This document shows positions 26,055 to 35,887 of a stretch of DNA of 64,000 bases, piece after piece; within the stretch, counting starts at the first letter, position 1, and every line of letters begins with the position of its first letter. This DNA is from a bacterium (lineage in GTDB: Bacteria; SAR324; JACQKK01). The stretch covers positions 1,206,681-1,270,680 of the forward strand of contig OZ251219.1 in the NCBI GenBank assembly GCA_965240465.1. Direction: 5' to 3'. The position numbers were made by a program, and so were the translations under genes. The notes under the pieces were generated by a model. That model made no database searches, was not told the origin of the DNA, and saw nothing but the letters and a program-made list of their open reading frames with translations.

Positions 26055-26132
26055 GATGTGTTTTTACGACGTATTTTTGTGATGTATTTTTATGCTGTGT
26101 TTCTATAATGTATTTCTATAATGTATCTTTAT
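26055..26132. repeat. degenerate tandem repeat, 13-bp unit (gatgtatttttat-like) x6
   Basis: Copies at 26055, 26068, 26081, 26094, 26107 and 26120. Lies in a divergent intergenic region. Confidence 0.8.
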
Positions 26133-26236
26133 GACTTGCACCTATTTGATTATTATCTTAAAACAAGAGCAGGTCTTAGTAGTCCTATTTTTATTGATAA
26201 ACACTTTTTTTGGTAATTAGTGTAGTCTTCGGTGTC

Positions 26237-26731
26237 ATGTCTCAAGAATTACTTAGCAAACTGGAAAGCAAAATCTCCCTAGCGGTGGATGCCATCAGAG
26301 AACTGCGTCAAGAGAACCAAATCCTACGACAAGAAAGAACCACTCTGGAACAAAAATTACAAAGCCTGCTTGATAAAACCAGTGACCTCCAAAACACTGC
26401 TGAGGACATCAAAGAAAGCACTCGCGACCAATCGGCTTTTAATTCCTCCAGCACAGAACAAGCTAATTCATTTACTCCAAATGATTTCAGCACTCCCTCC
26501 GATGATCAATCCCCTTCCAATACTCCCGATAGATCCGCTGACGAACTACGCTCCAGCTTTGATTCAAACCTTCAAACACAGCTGGAAACACAACAAATAG
26601 CAGAAGCACCCGATAGTTCCATTCTTACCGAAGACCCCGAACTGTCCGACCGACCGTCAGCCGATCTGCCGCCAGCCGATCTGCCGCCAGCCGATCTGCC
26701 AACCAGCTGGAGAAGTGGGGAGCAAGAGTAG
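26237..26731 (+). CDS. ZapB-like coiled-coil protein with a disordered acidic tail
   Basis: MSQELLSKLESKISLAVDAIRELRQENQILRQE parallels the E. coli ZapB N-terminus (LEKLEAKVQQAIDTI...). The tail carries ADLPP x3 (15-bp unit at ~26655-26700). Confidence 0.5.
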   Translation: MSQELLSKLESKISLAVDAIRELRQENQILRQERTTLEQKLQSLLDKTSDLQNTAEDIKESTRDQSAFNSSSTEQANSFTPNDFSTPSDDQSPSNTPDRSADELRSSFDSNLQTQLETQQIAEAPDSSILTEDPELSDRPSADLPPADLPPADLPTSWRSGEQE

Positions 26732-26838
26732 GACGCGGGAACAAGCGGGGAAAATCACAGGCACGGGAGGGTTGAGGGCGAAAAAGGGGATGCGAGAGGG
26801 TGGGGGGTGGGGGGTTGCGAGGGTGCGGGGAATAACAG

Positions 26839-26907
26839 GCGGGAATAAGGGAAAATCAGGTGCGGGAATAAGGGAAAATCAGGTGCGGGGATAAGGGAAA
26901 ATCAGGC
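26839..26907. repeat. tandem repeat, 23-bp unit gcgggaataagggaaaatcaggt x3
   Basis: Copies at 26839, 26862 and 26885. Confidence 0.88.
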
Positions 26908-26915
26908 ACGGGAGG

Positions 26916-27005
26916 GGCAGCCACTGATGCCTTGGCAGCCACTGATGCCTTGGCAGCCACTGCTGCCTTGGTAGCCACTGCTACCTCGGTAGCCACTACC
27001 TTGGA
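26916..27005. repeat. tandem repeat, 18-bp unit ggcagccactgatgcctt x5 (decaying)
   Basis: Copies at 26916, 26934, 26952, 26970 and 26988. Directly abuts the 23-bp array. Confidence 0.85.
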
Positions 27006-27034
27006 CTGCTCCATACATACTCTTTTCTGCCGTG

Positions 27035-29422
27035 CTAGCCTGCTTTATCGGCTTCTAGTAGTTCTTTGCGTATGGTGGGGAATATATTGGGACGGACGAC
27101 TAGGGCACTAGCTAGTTGCAGTGGTCTCCAGTGTGCGAAGAAGCTGAGATTACCAGCGGAGATATTGCTAACGACGGCTGGCAAGTTAAGTTCTCTGGCT
27201 CTGCGGATGCCGTGTTCAAGCATGCTTAGTACGGCTGGATGTTTTTCGTCATAGAAGTCTCGTGCGAGTATATTGTTGGCGTCGGTGCCTTGTGCGAGTT
27301 GTGCGATATCGGCTACGCTGAATATGATTCCGTCCACCAAGTTTTTCAGTTCTTCTAGGATGTATATTTGGCATGGGGTTCGGATGAGTAGGTGTATATT
27401 CAGATTATCTTTGCTGGCTCTGAGTTTATTATTTGATAGAATATCCAGCAGTTTTTGGGTTTCTTTAGGGCTTTGTGTTGCGGGCAGGATGAGTTCTATT
27501 TGATTTTGCCCTAGTTCATTGCGAGCCCGAACGATGGCTTGAAGTTCCAGTTGGAAGGCTTTTTCGTAATCTAGGTCTTGGTAGCGGGAAACTCCTCTTG
27601 CTCCTAGGAGGGGGTTTTTTTCTATTTCGGTGAATTTAGTGCCTCCGATGAGCCGTGACATTTGGTCGCTGGTGGCATCAGAGAGCAGTACTCGGGTAGG
27701 TTTGGGGTATACTGAGGCGGCAATTTGGGCGATCATTTGAGAGAGTTTACGCAGGAAGAAATCTTTTTTATCGGGAAAGCCCACGCTGATTTCGTCCAGC
27801 TTATTTTTGTCATCAATGTAGGGGTAGTTGATAATTGCTAGCGGATGGACGGGCATTTCATGGGAGAGCAGTTCATCTACCCGCAGCAGACCGACCCCTT
27901 CATTAGGATAGCGAGCATCGGAGAAGCTTTGGTCGGGTTTAGCTTGGTGGAACATCAGTGATAGGGAGGGCATTTTCAGTTCGGAGAGTTTAACTGTTTC
28001 TTCTTTGAAGGGCAGCAAGCCATCATAGACTACTCCCTTGCTACCACCTGCACAGGATACGGTTATTTCCTGCCGATCATTTATGCTATTAGTTGCTCCT
28101 TCGGCTCCCACTATGCAGGGAATACCCAACTCGCGAGATATTATGGCAGCATGACTGGTGCGTCCACCCAGTTCGGTGACGATTGCAGAGGCGATGTTCA
28201 TGATTGGTACCCAGTCGGGATCGGTAATTTCTGTTACCAGCACCATGCCCTTCTTAAACATGTTGATGTCTCTGGCAGTCCTTAGTACGCAAGCTTGTCC
28301 ACTGCCGACATAATCACCTACAGCCATACCTGAACAGAGTATTCGGCTAGTTTTTTCCAGTTTTACTTGATGGATCAGGTCGGTATCGCGTCGGGAGATT
28401 ACGGTTTCTGGTCGGGCTTGAACGATGAACAATTCCCCTGTTTTACCATCTTTAGCCCATTCTATGTCCATGGGTTTTCGGTAGCCGGCTTCTTGAGAAT
28501 AGTGGTCTTCAATGATTTTCGCCCACTTAGCTAGTGTATAGACATCATCATCGCTGAGGCAAAATTGATCGCGTTCTGCTTGGGGGACGTCTTTATTTTC
28601 TATTCCCCTAGATCTCAGATAGACCATCCGCTTTTGTTTTGCTCCCAGCAATGAGTAGATAATCGCCTTTTTGTTTAGGCTCAGGCTGGGCTTGTGAACG
28701 TACCATTCATCGGGATTGATGGCTCCTTGTACGACATTTTCTCCTAGTCCATAACCGCCAGTGATGTAAATAGCGTCCTTAAAACCGCTTTCGGTATCAA
28801 TGGAGAACATTACTCCTGCCGAGGCTAGGTCGCTACGCACCATTTTTTGTACTGCAATGGAAAGCGATACGGAGAAATGATCGAATTTCTTTTCCTGACG
28901 GTAAGCGATGGCTCTATTGGTGAACAAGGAGGCAAAGCAATTGCGGCATGATGTCAGTAGACATTTGTTTCCCTTTACGTTTAGGTAGCTTTCCTGTTGT
29001 CCTGCGAAGGAGGCATCGGGGAGGTCTTCTGCGGTAGCGGAGGATCTGATGGCAACATCTACATTTTTAGTTTTGTATTCATCACCCAGCTGCTCGTAAG
29101 CATCGGTGATGGAGTTGGCAAGCTCCTTAGACATGGATACCGAGCGAATTAAATCTCGGATATTCTTACCACGTTTAGCTAAATCCTTGATGTTTTTACC
29201 ATCCAGACCTTTTAGGATGTCTACAATTTTTTCCTTAATGCCAGTACTTTCAACAAAATGATTGTAAGCATGTGCCGAAATAGCAAATCCACTGGGAATT
29301 CGTATGCCCCTGATGGTCAAATTAGAGAACATTTCTCCTAAGGAAGCATTTTTGCCTCCCACGATGGGGACATCGCGGATGTCTAGATCTGCGAACCAAT
29401 AAATGAAGTTGTTTCTTGCCAT
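27035..29422 (-). CDS. ppsA: phosphoenolpyruvate synthase (pyruvate, water dikinase)
   Basis: 795 aa. VGGKNASLGEM, IRSSATAEDLPDASFAGQ, and the phospho-His region GGRTSHAAIISRELGIPCIVG. Confidence 0.92.
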   Translation of the reverse strand: MARNNFIYWFADLDIRDVPIVGGKNASLGEMFSNLTIRGIRIPSGFAISAHAYNHFVESTGIKEKIVDILKGLDGKNIKDLAKRGKNIRDLIRSVSMSKELANSITDAYEQLGDEYKTKNVDVAIRSSATAEDLPDASFAGQQESYLNVKGNKCLLTSCRNCFASLFTNRAIAYRQEKKFDHFSVSLSIAVQKMVRSDLASAGVMFSIDTESGFKDAIYITGGYGLGENVVQGAINPDEWYVHKPSLSLNKKAIIYSLLGAKQKRMVYLRSRGIENKDVPQAERDQFCLSDDDVYTLAKWAKIIEDHYSQEAGYRKPMDIEWAKDGKTGELFIVQARPETVISRRDTDLIHQVKLEKTSRILCSGMAVGDYVGSGQACVLRTARDINMFKKGMVLVTEITDPDWVPIMNIASAIVTELGGRTSHAAIISRELGIPCIVGAEGATNSINDRQEITVSCAGGSKGVVYDGLLPFKEETVKLSELKMPSLSLMFHQAKPDQSFSDARYPNEGVGLLRVDELLSHEMPVHPLAIINYPYIDDKNKLDEISVGFPDKKDFFLRKLSQMIAQIAASVYPKPTRVLLSDATSDQMSRLIGGTKFTEIEKNPLLGARGVSRYQDLDYEKAFQLELQAIVRARNELGQNQIELILPATQSPKETQKLLDILSNNKLRASKDNLNIHLLIRTPCQIYILEELKNLVDGIIFSVADIAQLAQGTDANNILARDFYDEKHPAVLSMLEHGIRRARELNLPAVVSNISAGNLSFFAHWRPLQLASALVVRPNIFPTIRKELLEADKAG

Positions 29423-29565
29423 GTTGCGTCAATCTCTGAGGGTGATAGGTACAATCTCTAAGGGTAATAGGTACAATCAGGGAACAAATATAATAATAGA
29501 CAGATCTAATCAGGGATAAATGCCATCTCTCTGTGAGAAATTTTCTTAAAGAACTTTAAGAAGCC

Positions 29566-29976
29566 TTAAGAAATAACGCCATCTGTAGTTAATTTGTCAA
29601 TTATGGACTCCATTTCTTCTACATCTTCCACATAGGGTATATCAAAGGTATCAGAAATCTTTTTATGTACGCTCCAGAGTTGTGAATGTACCGAATCGGG
29701 CTTGGTGGATAACAAAATCTCCTCATTTTTGCTTTCTTGAAACCTAGCCAGACCCTCAGCGATGTTGGTAAAGTAAGGGCGAAATTCCTTTTCGCCAAGT
29801 CCTGCTAGGGTTTTGGCGGTCTTAAATGCCATGTTAAAGTAGTTGGTCGCTGATTCCTGATCCTTATTCTGCAAGTCAGTGATGCCCTGCTTGACACACT
29901 TATTAAGGCGATTGAATAATTTTAAGTTGCGTACCGTTTTAAGTGTATCGCTCATATGACAAAATTCCTTAAACAA
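29566..29976 (-). CDS. hypothetical protein (136 aa)
   Basis: ORF track only; an alternative ATG lies at 29955. Confidence 0.4.
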   Translation of the reverse strand: MFKEFCHMSDTLKTVRNLKLFNRLNKCVKQGITDLQNKDQESATNYFNMAFKTAKTLAGLGEKEFRPYFTNIAEGLARFQESKNEEILLSTKPDSVHSQLWSVHKKISDTFDIPYVEDVEEMESIIDKLTTDGVIS

Positions 29977-30251
29977 CTATTAAAAAAATCCAAATATGGA
30001 CCAAATATAAAGCACCTTGACCCAAAGCCAGCTACCTTGTCATTAAGCCACCAGCTACCTAAGCCACCAGCCACCTCTCGAGAAGCTACCAGCTACCTTT
30101 AAGGTCTTCATGTACTATGTAAGCATGATACTAATTTATTTACAAGCATTCTAGCTGGTAAGTATTAGAATGCCATAAGCAAGTACTCGTGCTAGATTTG
30201 GCATGGGAGCATGAATTCTCTCAGTAGCAGACCGAGAATAACACCTAAAAA

Positions 30252-30300
30252 GAACATCCGAACAGAACATCCGAACAGAACATCCAAAAATAACATCTAA
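30252..30300. repeat. tandem repeat, 13-bp unit gaacatccgaaca x~3.5
   Basis: Ends 2 nt before the guaA ATG. Confidence 0.8.
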
Positions 30301-30302
30301 GC

Positions 30303-32183
30303 ATGGACAAAAAAAGCAAGCAGCCAGTAAATAAGAGGGTTAAGAAAAATAAGATTGATGGGGGAATTCTGGTAATCAATTTTGGGGGTCAATATGCTCA
30401 TTTGATTGCCAAGCAAATTCGTAGTTTGGGGGCAAGTGCAATCATGGATTCTCCTGAAGTGCTACCACATGATTATAGGGCGGAGGGATTAAAGGGTATC
30501 ATTTTATCGGGTGGTCCGCGTTCGGTATGGGAGGGGGGATCGCCAGAATTAAATCCCTTTTTGTGGAGGACCAAGTTGCCGATCTTAGGGTTGTGTTATG
30601 GACATCAGTTAATTGCGAGGATCTATGGTGGCGGAGTGAATACTCAGCAACAGGGAGAATATGGCAAGACCCGCTTGGAATCAGTAGATACTAGCCATCC
30701 GCTATTTAAGGGATTGGAAAATGCCGTAAAGTCTAGGGGAAGCAGAATGCGGGAGGTCTGGATGAGCCATCAAGATACCGTCCGCGAGGCTCCCCCAGGA
30801 TTTGAGGTTTTGGCAAGTACCAGGGAATGCCCTGTGATAGCGATGGCTGATGATGAGCGAAAACGATATGGTTTGCAGTTTCATCCAGAGGTAAAGGACA
30901 CTCCCTTTGGCAGGGATATCTTGGCTAATTTTTTAGAATTAGCAGAGGTAAAGATTGATCGGAGTATGAGGGATGTACAGGCTGATTTAGAAAAGCAATG
31001 CAAGATTCAAGTGGGTGAACGCAAGGTGCTGATGTTCTTAAGTGGTGGGGTGGATAGCACGGTAGCATTTGCCTTATTGAATAATGCCTTGGGTGTGGAT
31101 CGGGTACGGGGAATCTTTGTGGATAATGGCTTCTTGCGTTTGGGTGAGGTGGAGCAGGTACGGAAATCTTATGCTGCTTTGGGATGGAAGAATATCAAGT
31201 ATGTAGATGCCTCAGCCTATTTTTTGCGGGCTTTGAAGGGTTTGACTGATCCTCAGGAGAAGCGGATCGCGGTAGGGGAGGCATTTTTAAGAGTACGGGA
31301 TATTCAGTTAAAGGAGATGGGATTAAATCCTGAGGAGTGGATGTTGGGGCAGGGGACTTTGTATCCTGATATTATTGAATCTGGCGGAGAGGAGCATGCG
31401 GCGGTAATCAAGTGGCATCATAATCGGGTGCCTGCGATAGCTGACATGATTAAGGCTGGTTTGGTGATTGAACCCTTAAAGGATTTATACAAGGATGAGG
31501 TGCGTGAATTGGGGACGGAGCTGGGTTTGCCAAAGGAGTTGGTATGGCGACATCCTTTCCCGGGCCCGGGGTTATCCATCAATGTGATTTGCTCGCATTG
31601 GGGGGAACACTCAATCGTAGATCCTGTTAAGGGATCGCAGATGGATGAGTTGCCAAGTGGCTGTGGCTATAAGGGGATGGTATTGCCAGTGTTTTCGGTG
31701 GGGGTACAGGGGGATGCCCGCACTTATGTTAATCCAGCGTGCTTGAGCGGTCTACCAGACTGGGAGGCTTTGGAGGATTTATCTACCAATATAACCAATG
31801 AGGTGAGTGAGGTTAATCGGGTGGTGTATTTATTGGGTGGGCAGTTGTCGGATTTGTCCTTGCAGGTGGGATTTTGCGACAAGGGGCGTTTGGATGTGCT
31901 TCGCGATGCGGATTGGCTAGCGACCACTGCTTTTGAAAAAGCTGGCTGGATGGAGAAGATTTTTCAGTTGTTGGTGATCTTGCTTCCATTTGGTAAGTCT
32001 GCTAAATCAGGTTCTGTGGTGTTGCGACCAGTCATTTCGGAGGATGTAATGACGGCTAGATTCGCCCAGCCTCCTTGGGAGTTATTGGAGGAATTAACTC
32101 CTCAGTTGTTGGAATTGCCAGCTATTGATGCGGTATTCTATGATATAACGCATAAGCCACCAGCTACTTTTGGCTGGGAATAG
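30303..32183 (+). CDS. guaA: GMP synthase (glutamine-hydrolysing), long form
   Basis: GATase motifs GLCYGHQLIA and LQFHPEV, ATP-PPase FLSGGVDSTV, KWHHNRVP, and C-terminal HKPPATFGWE. Confidence 0.9.
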   Translation: MDKKSKQPVNKRVKKNKIDGGILVINFGGQYAHLIAKQIRSLGASAIMDSPEVLPHDYRAEGLKGIILSGGPRSVWEGGSPELNPFLWRTKLPILGLCYGHQLIARIYGGGVNTQQQGEYGKTRLESVDTSHPLFKGLENAVKSRGSRMREVWMSHQDTVREAPPGFEVLASTRECPVIAMADDERKRYGLQFHPEVKDTPFGRDILANFLELAEVKIDRSMRDVQADLEKQCKIQVGERKVLMFLSGGVDSTVAFALLNNALGVDRVRGIFVDNGFLRLGEVEQVRKSYAALGWKNIKYVDASAYFLRALKGLTDPQEKRIAVGEAFLRVRDIQLKEMGLNPEEWMLGQGTLYPDIIESGGEEHAAVIKWHHNRVPAIADMIKAGLVIEPLKDLYKDEVRELGTELGLPKELVWRHPFPGPGLSINVICSHWGEHSIVDPVKGSQMDELPSGCGYKGMVLPVFSVGVQGDARTYVNPACLSGLPDWEALEDLSTNITNEVSEVNRVVYLLGGQLSDLSLQVGFCDKGRLDVLRDADWLATTAFEKAGWMEKIFQLLVILLPFGKSAKSGSVVLRPVISEDVMTARFAQPPWELLEELTPQLLELPAIDAVFYDITHKPPATFGWE

Positions 32184-32237
32184 CCTCCCCAGTGATTATA
32201 CTCAGTGATTATACTCGGTTAGCATTGTCTAGTTTCA

Positions 32238-33428
32238 ATGAAAAAGAATTCTGATGGAGTAGTAGGGGTAGCAACAGAAAAGAGATTATTTGCTGCGAGG
32301 GTTATTGTAGATGCTAGGTTTTTGGGGAGTGGTTCTGGGTTAGACGCTTATGTGAGGCATTTATTGCCTGAGGTGGCTAGATTATTACCTAAGGTGGAAT
32401 TCATATTATTAGCTGATCCTGAGGTTAGATTGCGATTTTCGTGGTTAGATGGCGAGCAGTTTTCTATTTATCCCATGTTGAGTAAGGCTTATTCTTGGGG
32501 GGAGCAGTGGAGATTTTTTGGTGTTCCTAGGGGTGATTTGTTTTGGTCTTGCAATTTCAACGTTCCTATTTTTTTTACTAGTCCTTTTTTTCCTACTAGG
32601 ACTTTGCTAGTGACAATCCATGATTTAATGCTTGATAATTTTTATGCTACCAAGTTGCCGTGGTACAAGCTCAGAATGTTGCGAGTTTATATGCGGACGA
32701 TCATCAAGAAGGCGGCGGGGATTATTTGTATTTCGGGATTTAGTAGAAATGAGATTGTATGGAGATATGGTTTACCTGCTGGTCGGCTAAAAGTAATTAG
32801 GTTGGGAGTAGCTGATAGTTGGTTTAGGCTACGGGCGGACAAGAGAACAGTCCATGCCCGCCCATTTTTTTTGTTTGTGGGTAATTTGAGGCAACACAAA
32901 AACTTAGTTAATCTTATTTATGCTTTTCGTCAGGTGCGAGAAAAAACGAAACATGATTTGGTTATCATAGGCAGTGCAAAGGGAAAATTCGGCACTGATA
33001 GCGAGGTCTTGAAATTGATGCATTCTGAAACGAGGGTTTATTATAAGGGGTCTTTATCGCAAGAGCAGACGGAGCAGTTTTTTATTCAGTGCGATGCCTT
33101 TGTGTTTCCATCTTTGTACGAGGGGTTTGGTCTACCTCCCTTAGAGGCGATGGCTTGTGGAAAGCCCGTGGTAGCTTCTTATAGCACGGCAATTCCCGAG
33201 GTCTGTAATAAGGCGGTGCTGTACTTTGACCCTCTGGATGTTGATGACATCGCTGAAAAAATGTTGCGGGTAACGAAAGATAAAAATTTACGCCAACAGC
33301 TAGTGCATGATGGTCATTTGCGGGCGAGGCAGTTCACTTGGAAAAATTGTGCTAAGGAAACCAGTGAGCTATTGTTGGATGTCCTGCAAAAAACAAAAAA
33401 AGGTAGGCTAAGCCTAGCTAAACACTAA
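32238..33428 (+). CDS. glycosyltransferase family 4
   Basis: C-terminal EGFGLPPLEAMACGKPVV (GT4 E-x7-E region). Confidence 0.8.
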   Translation: MKKNSDGVVGVATEKRLFAARVIVDARFLGSGSGLDAYVRHLLPEVARLLPKVEFILLADPEVRLRFSWLDGEQFSIYPMLSKAYSWGEQWRFFGVPRGDLFWSCNFNVPIFFTSPFFPTRTLLVTIHDLMLDNFYATKLPWYKLRMLRVYMRTIIKKAAGIICISGFSRNEIVWRYGLPAGRLKVIRLGVADSWFRLRADKRTVHARPFFLFVGNLRQHKNLVNLIYAFRQVREKTKHDLVIIGSAKGKFGTDSEVLKLMHSETRVYYKGSLSQEQTEQFFIQCDAFVFPSLYEGFGLPPLEAMACGKPVVASYSTAIPEVCNKAVLYFDPLDVDDIAEKMLRVTKDKNLRQQLVHDGHLRARQFTWKNCAKETSELLLDVLQKTKKGRLSLAKH

Positions 33429-33443
33429 GAATGAGTCAGGGCA

Positions 33444-34565
33444 GTGAAAATTGCGGTTGTTTGTGATTGGCTGGATAGCTATTCGGGTGCAGAGCGGGTT
33501 CTAGAACAGATATTATATTTGTTCCCTGAGGCTACCTTGTATTCGCTGGTGGATTTTGTTCAAGAGAGAGAATTCTTACAGGGACATAAACCGCGAACTA
33601 GTCTTTTACAGCATTTTCCTTGGGCACGGAGGCATTTTCGGGCTTTTCTGCCTCTGATGCCCAGGATGATAGAAAGCCTCAATCTGCGAGATTATGACGT
33701 AATAATATCTAGTTCTCATGCGGTAGCAAAGGGAGTACGGGTTCGGGCTAATCAATTACATTTGTGTTACTGCCATACTCCGATGCGATATGCGTGGATA
33801 TTTGAGTCGCAGTACTTAGCCAGCCTAGGCGGAGCAATGAATCCTGCGGTATGGGCTGCTCGGCTGCTGATGAGGCAGATCAGGCGTTGGGATGCGGGCT
33901 GTTGTGATAGGGTATCCAAATTCGTAGCCAATTCTCACTATGTAGCGGCTCGGATTAAGACTGTTTATGGTCGCGTGGCGGAAGTGATTTATCCTCCGGT
34001 GGATGTGTCTCGCTTTCGGGTAGGAAAGTGGCCGCGACGAGGACCTTATTGCACGGCGTCGCGCTTGGTACCCTACAAAAGAATTGATCTGCTGAGTGAA
34101 GCTTTTTCGCAAATGCCAGCGCGTCAATTGGTGGTCATCGGAGGAGGAAAAGCTCTGCCTCATTTGCGTGCTAGGGCACCTGCCAATGTGAAATTTCTGG
34201 GTCACCTTCCTCCAGAGGAAATGCAGCAGCACTTGCGTGAAGCCCGAGCCTTCTTATTTGCAGCCGAAGAAGATTTTGGTATTCTTCCCGTAGAAGCCCA
34301 AGCCAGCGGAACTCCAGTGCTTGCCTACGGCAAAGGAGGAGTGTTAGAGTCGGTCAGGGGCTTGGATAATCGGCATCCAACAGGGATATTCTTTCCTGAG
34401 CAAAGTGTTTCGTCAGTAATCCAAGCAGTGGAAAAATTTGAACAACTGGAAGCCAACTTTTCGCCTGCTGCCTGTCGTAAAAATGCCGAACGCTTCTCTA
34501 ATGAAATTTTCAGGCGTGCTTTCTTCAGAACTTTCTCTAAACTTGTCAATGATGCTCGCGGTTAA
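33444..34565 (+). CDS. glycosyltransferase family 4
   Basis: EDFGILPVEAQASGTPVLA. GTG start. Confidence 0.8.
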   Translation: MKIAVVCDWLDSYSGAERVLEQILYLFPEATLYSLVDFVQEREFLQGHKPRTSLLQHFPWARRHFRAFLPLMPRMIESLNLRDYDVIISSSHAVAKGVRVRANQLHLCYCHTPMRYAWIFESQYLASLGGAMNPAVWAARLLMRQIRRWDAGCCDRVSKFVANSHYVAARIKTVYGRVAEVIYPPVDVSRFRVGKWPRRGPYCTASRLVPYKRIDLLSEAFSQMPARQLVVIGGGKALPHLRARAPANVKFLGHLPPEEMQQHLREARAFLFAAEEDFGILPVEAQASGTPVLAYGKGGVLESVRGLDNRHPTGIFFPEQSVSSVIQAVEKFEQLEANFSPAACRKNAERFSNEIFRRAFFRTFSKLVNDARG

Positions 34566-34639
34566 TCGCTGAAGCTCATTAAAAACAAAACGTAAGGCAG
34601 AACGTAAAGCAGAACATATCACTTCGGATAATTGAAACA

Positions 34640-35392
34640 ATGAGAGCCTTAAAAAAGCAAACAGTAATGCCTATCGGTACCCAACCTAACAAGGTGATTG
34701 CGTCTGTATTTTCATCTATCAGGGAGGTTATACAACCAAGACTGGAATTGCCAAAGGGGATGCAATACAACCAGCGTCTAAAAATGGAGGGTCTCCATTT
34801 TCTTGGCAAAATACCAGATAAACAAATATCCGTTGCCTTTCTAGACCCTCAATATAGAGGGGTGCTAGACCATTTGAACTATGGCAATGAGGGAGAAAAA
34901 CGCGGTAAATCACGAAGTTCATTGCCACAAATGACCGACAACATACCCAAATTTGTGCAAGAAATAGATCGCGTCTTAATCCCCAGTGGTCACTTGTTTC
35001 TCTGGATGGATAAATTCCATTTGTGTACTGGGTTTCAGGATTGGTTGGATGGCACCTCTTTAGATGTGGTTGACATGGTCACTTGGGATAAGGGCAGGAT
35101 CGGCATGGGATACAGAACACGCCGTACTGGGGAATATCTCATTGTGCTGCAAAAAGAGCCACGCAAGGCAAAGGGAGTATGGAAGGTCCATAATATCCCC
35201 GATGTTTATAAAGAAAAAGTACCCAATGGAAATGGAGTACATCCAAAACCAGTAGGGCTACAGGGAGAACTCATAGAAGCCGTTTCAAACTCGGGAGATG
35301 TGGTGATAGACCCCGCGGCAGGGTCTTTTTCCGTGTTAAGGGCTTGCGAAAAACTGAGGCGTAATTTCTTGGGTTGTGATATTAACGGATAA
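34640..35392 (+). CDS. DNA methyltransferase (N6-adenine/N4-cytosine type, beta-class motif order)
   Basis: The catalytic motif IV variant FLDPQY precedes HPKPVGL and the SAM-binding motif I VIDPAAGSFS. Confidence 0.8.
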   Translation: MRALKKQTVMPIGTQPNKVIASVFSSIREVIQPRLELPKGMQYNQRLKMEGLHFLGKIPDKQISVAFLDPQYRGVLDHLNYGNEGEKRGKSRSSLPQMTDNIPKFVQEIDRVLIPSGHLFLWMDKFHLCTGFQDWLDGTSLDVVDMVTWDKGRIGMGYRTRRTGEYLIVLQKEPRKAKGVWKVHNIPDVYKEKVPNGNGVHPKPVGLQGELIEAVSNSGDVVIDPAAGSFSVLRACEKLRRNFLGCDING

Positions 35393-35854
35393 TGGCTCTT
35401 TTAAAAAATGCCCGTGGGAGAAAAAACGGGGAGAGTAGCAACTATTCTAGGCTGCTAGGCAATCCCGACTTAGGTAAGCTGATAAGTCGCGTACACGCAT
35501 CAACTATCACAGCTGGATTGGAATTGGAGAAGATAATAGCTGCTCGTGTGAAATCCATTTCAGATCTAGACGATTTTCTGAGCCAAGAACTGATGCCTGA
35601 TGGTGTGTTCTTAGTTACAAAGGAACAACAAGGAAGAAATACATAAAGGATTTAAGAAAAAAATATCTCTGGCTGAGTGCATGACTGGACGCGAGTTTTG
35701 CAAACTGTTAGAAATTGACTATGATGATATTGTGGCGAATAGAAAGAAAGAAGACGCGAGTAAAAACTTTTTGTACTTCATCCAAGAATTACTAAAAATT
35801 GATGAGGTAAGGGAAGTCATGAGAAAACATTTTGCAGACTTAAAAAATGAGTAA
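35392..35854 (+). pseudogene. possible frameshifted partner gene of the methyltransferase (restriction-endonuclease remnant?)
   Basis: The 84-aa ORF 35392-35646 overlaps the MTase stop (ATAATG). A second frame opens at 35615 and runs to TAA 35852-35854 (…ECMTGREFCKLLEIDYDD…LKNE). The two frames overlap around an A-rich stretch at 35615-35665. Confidence 0.3.
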
Positions 35855-35887
35855 GCTTGTCCATAAGCCCTCAATTATTCATTAACA

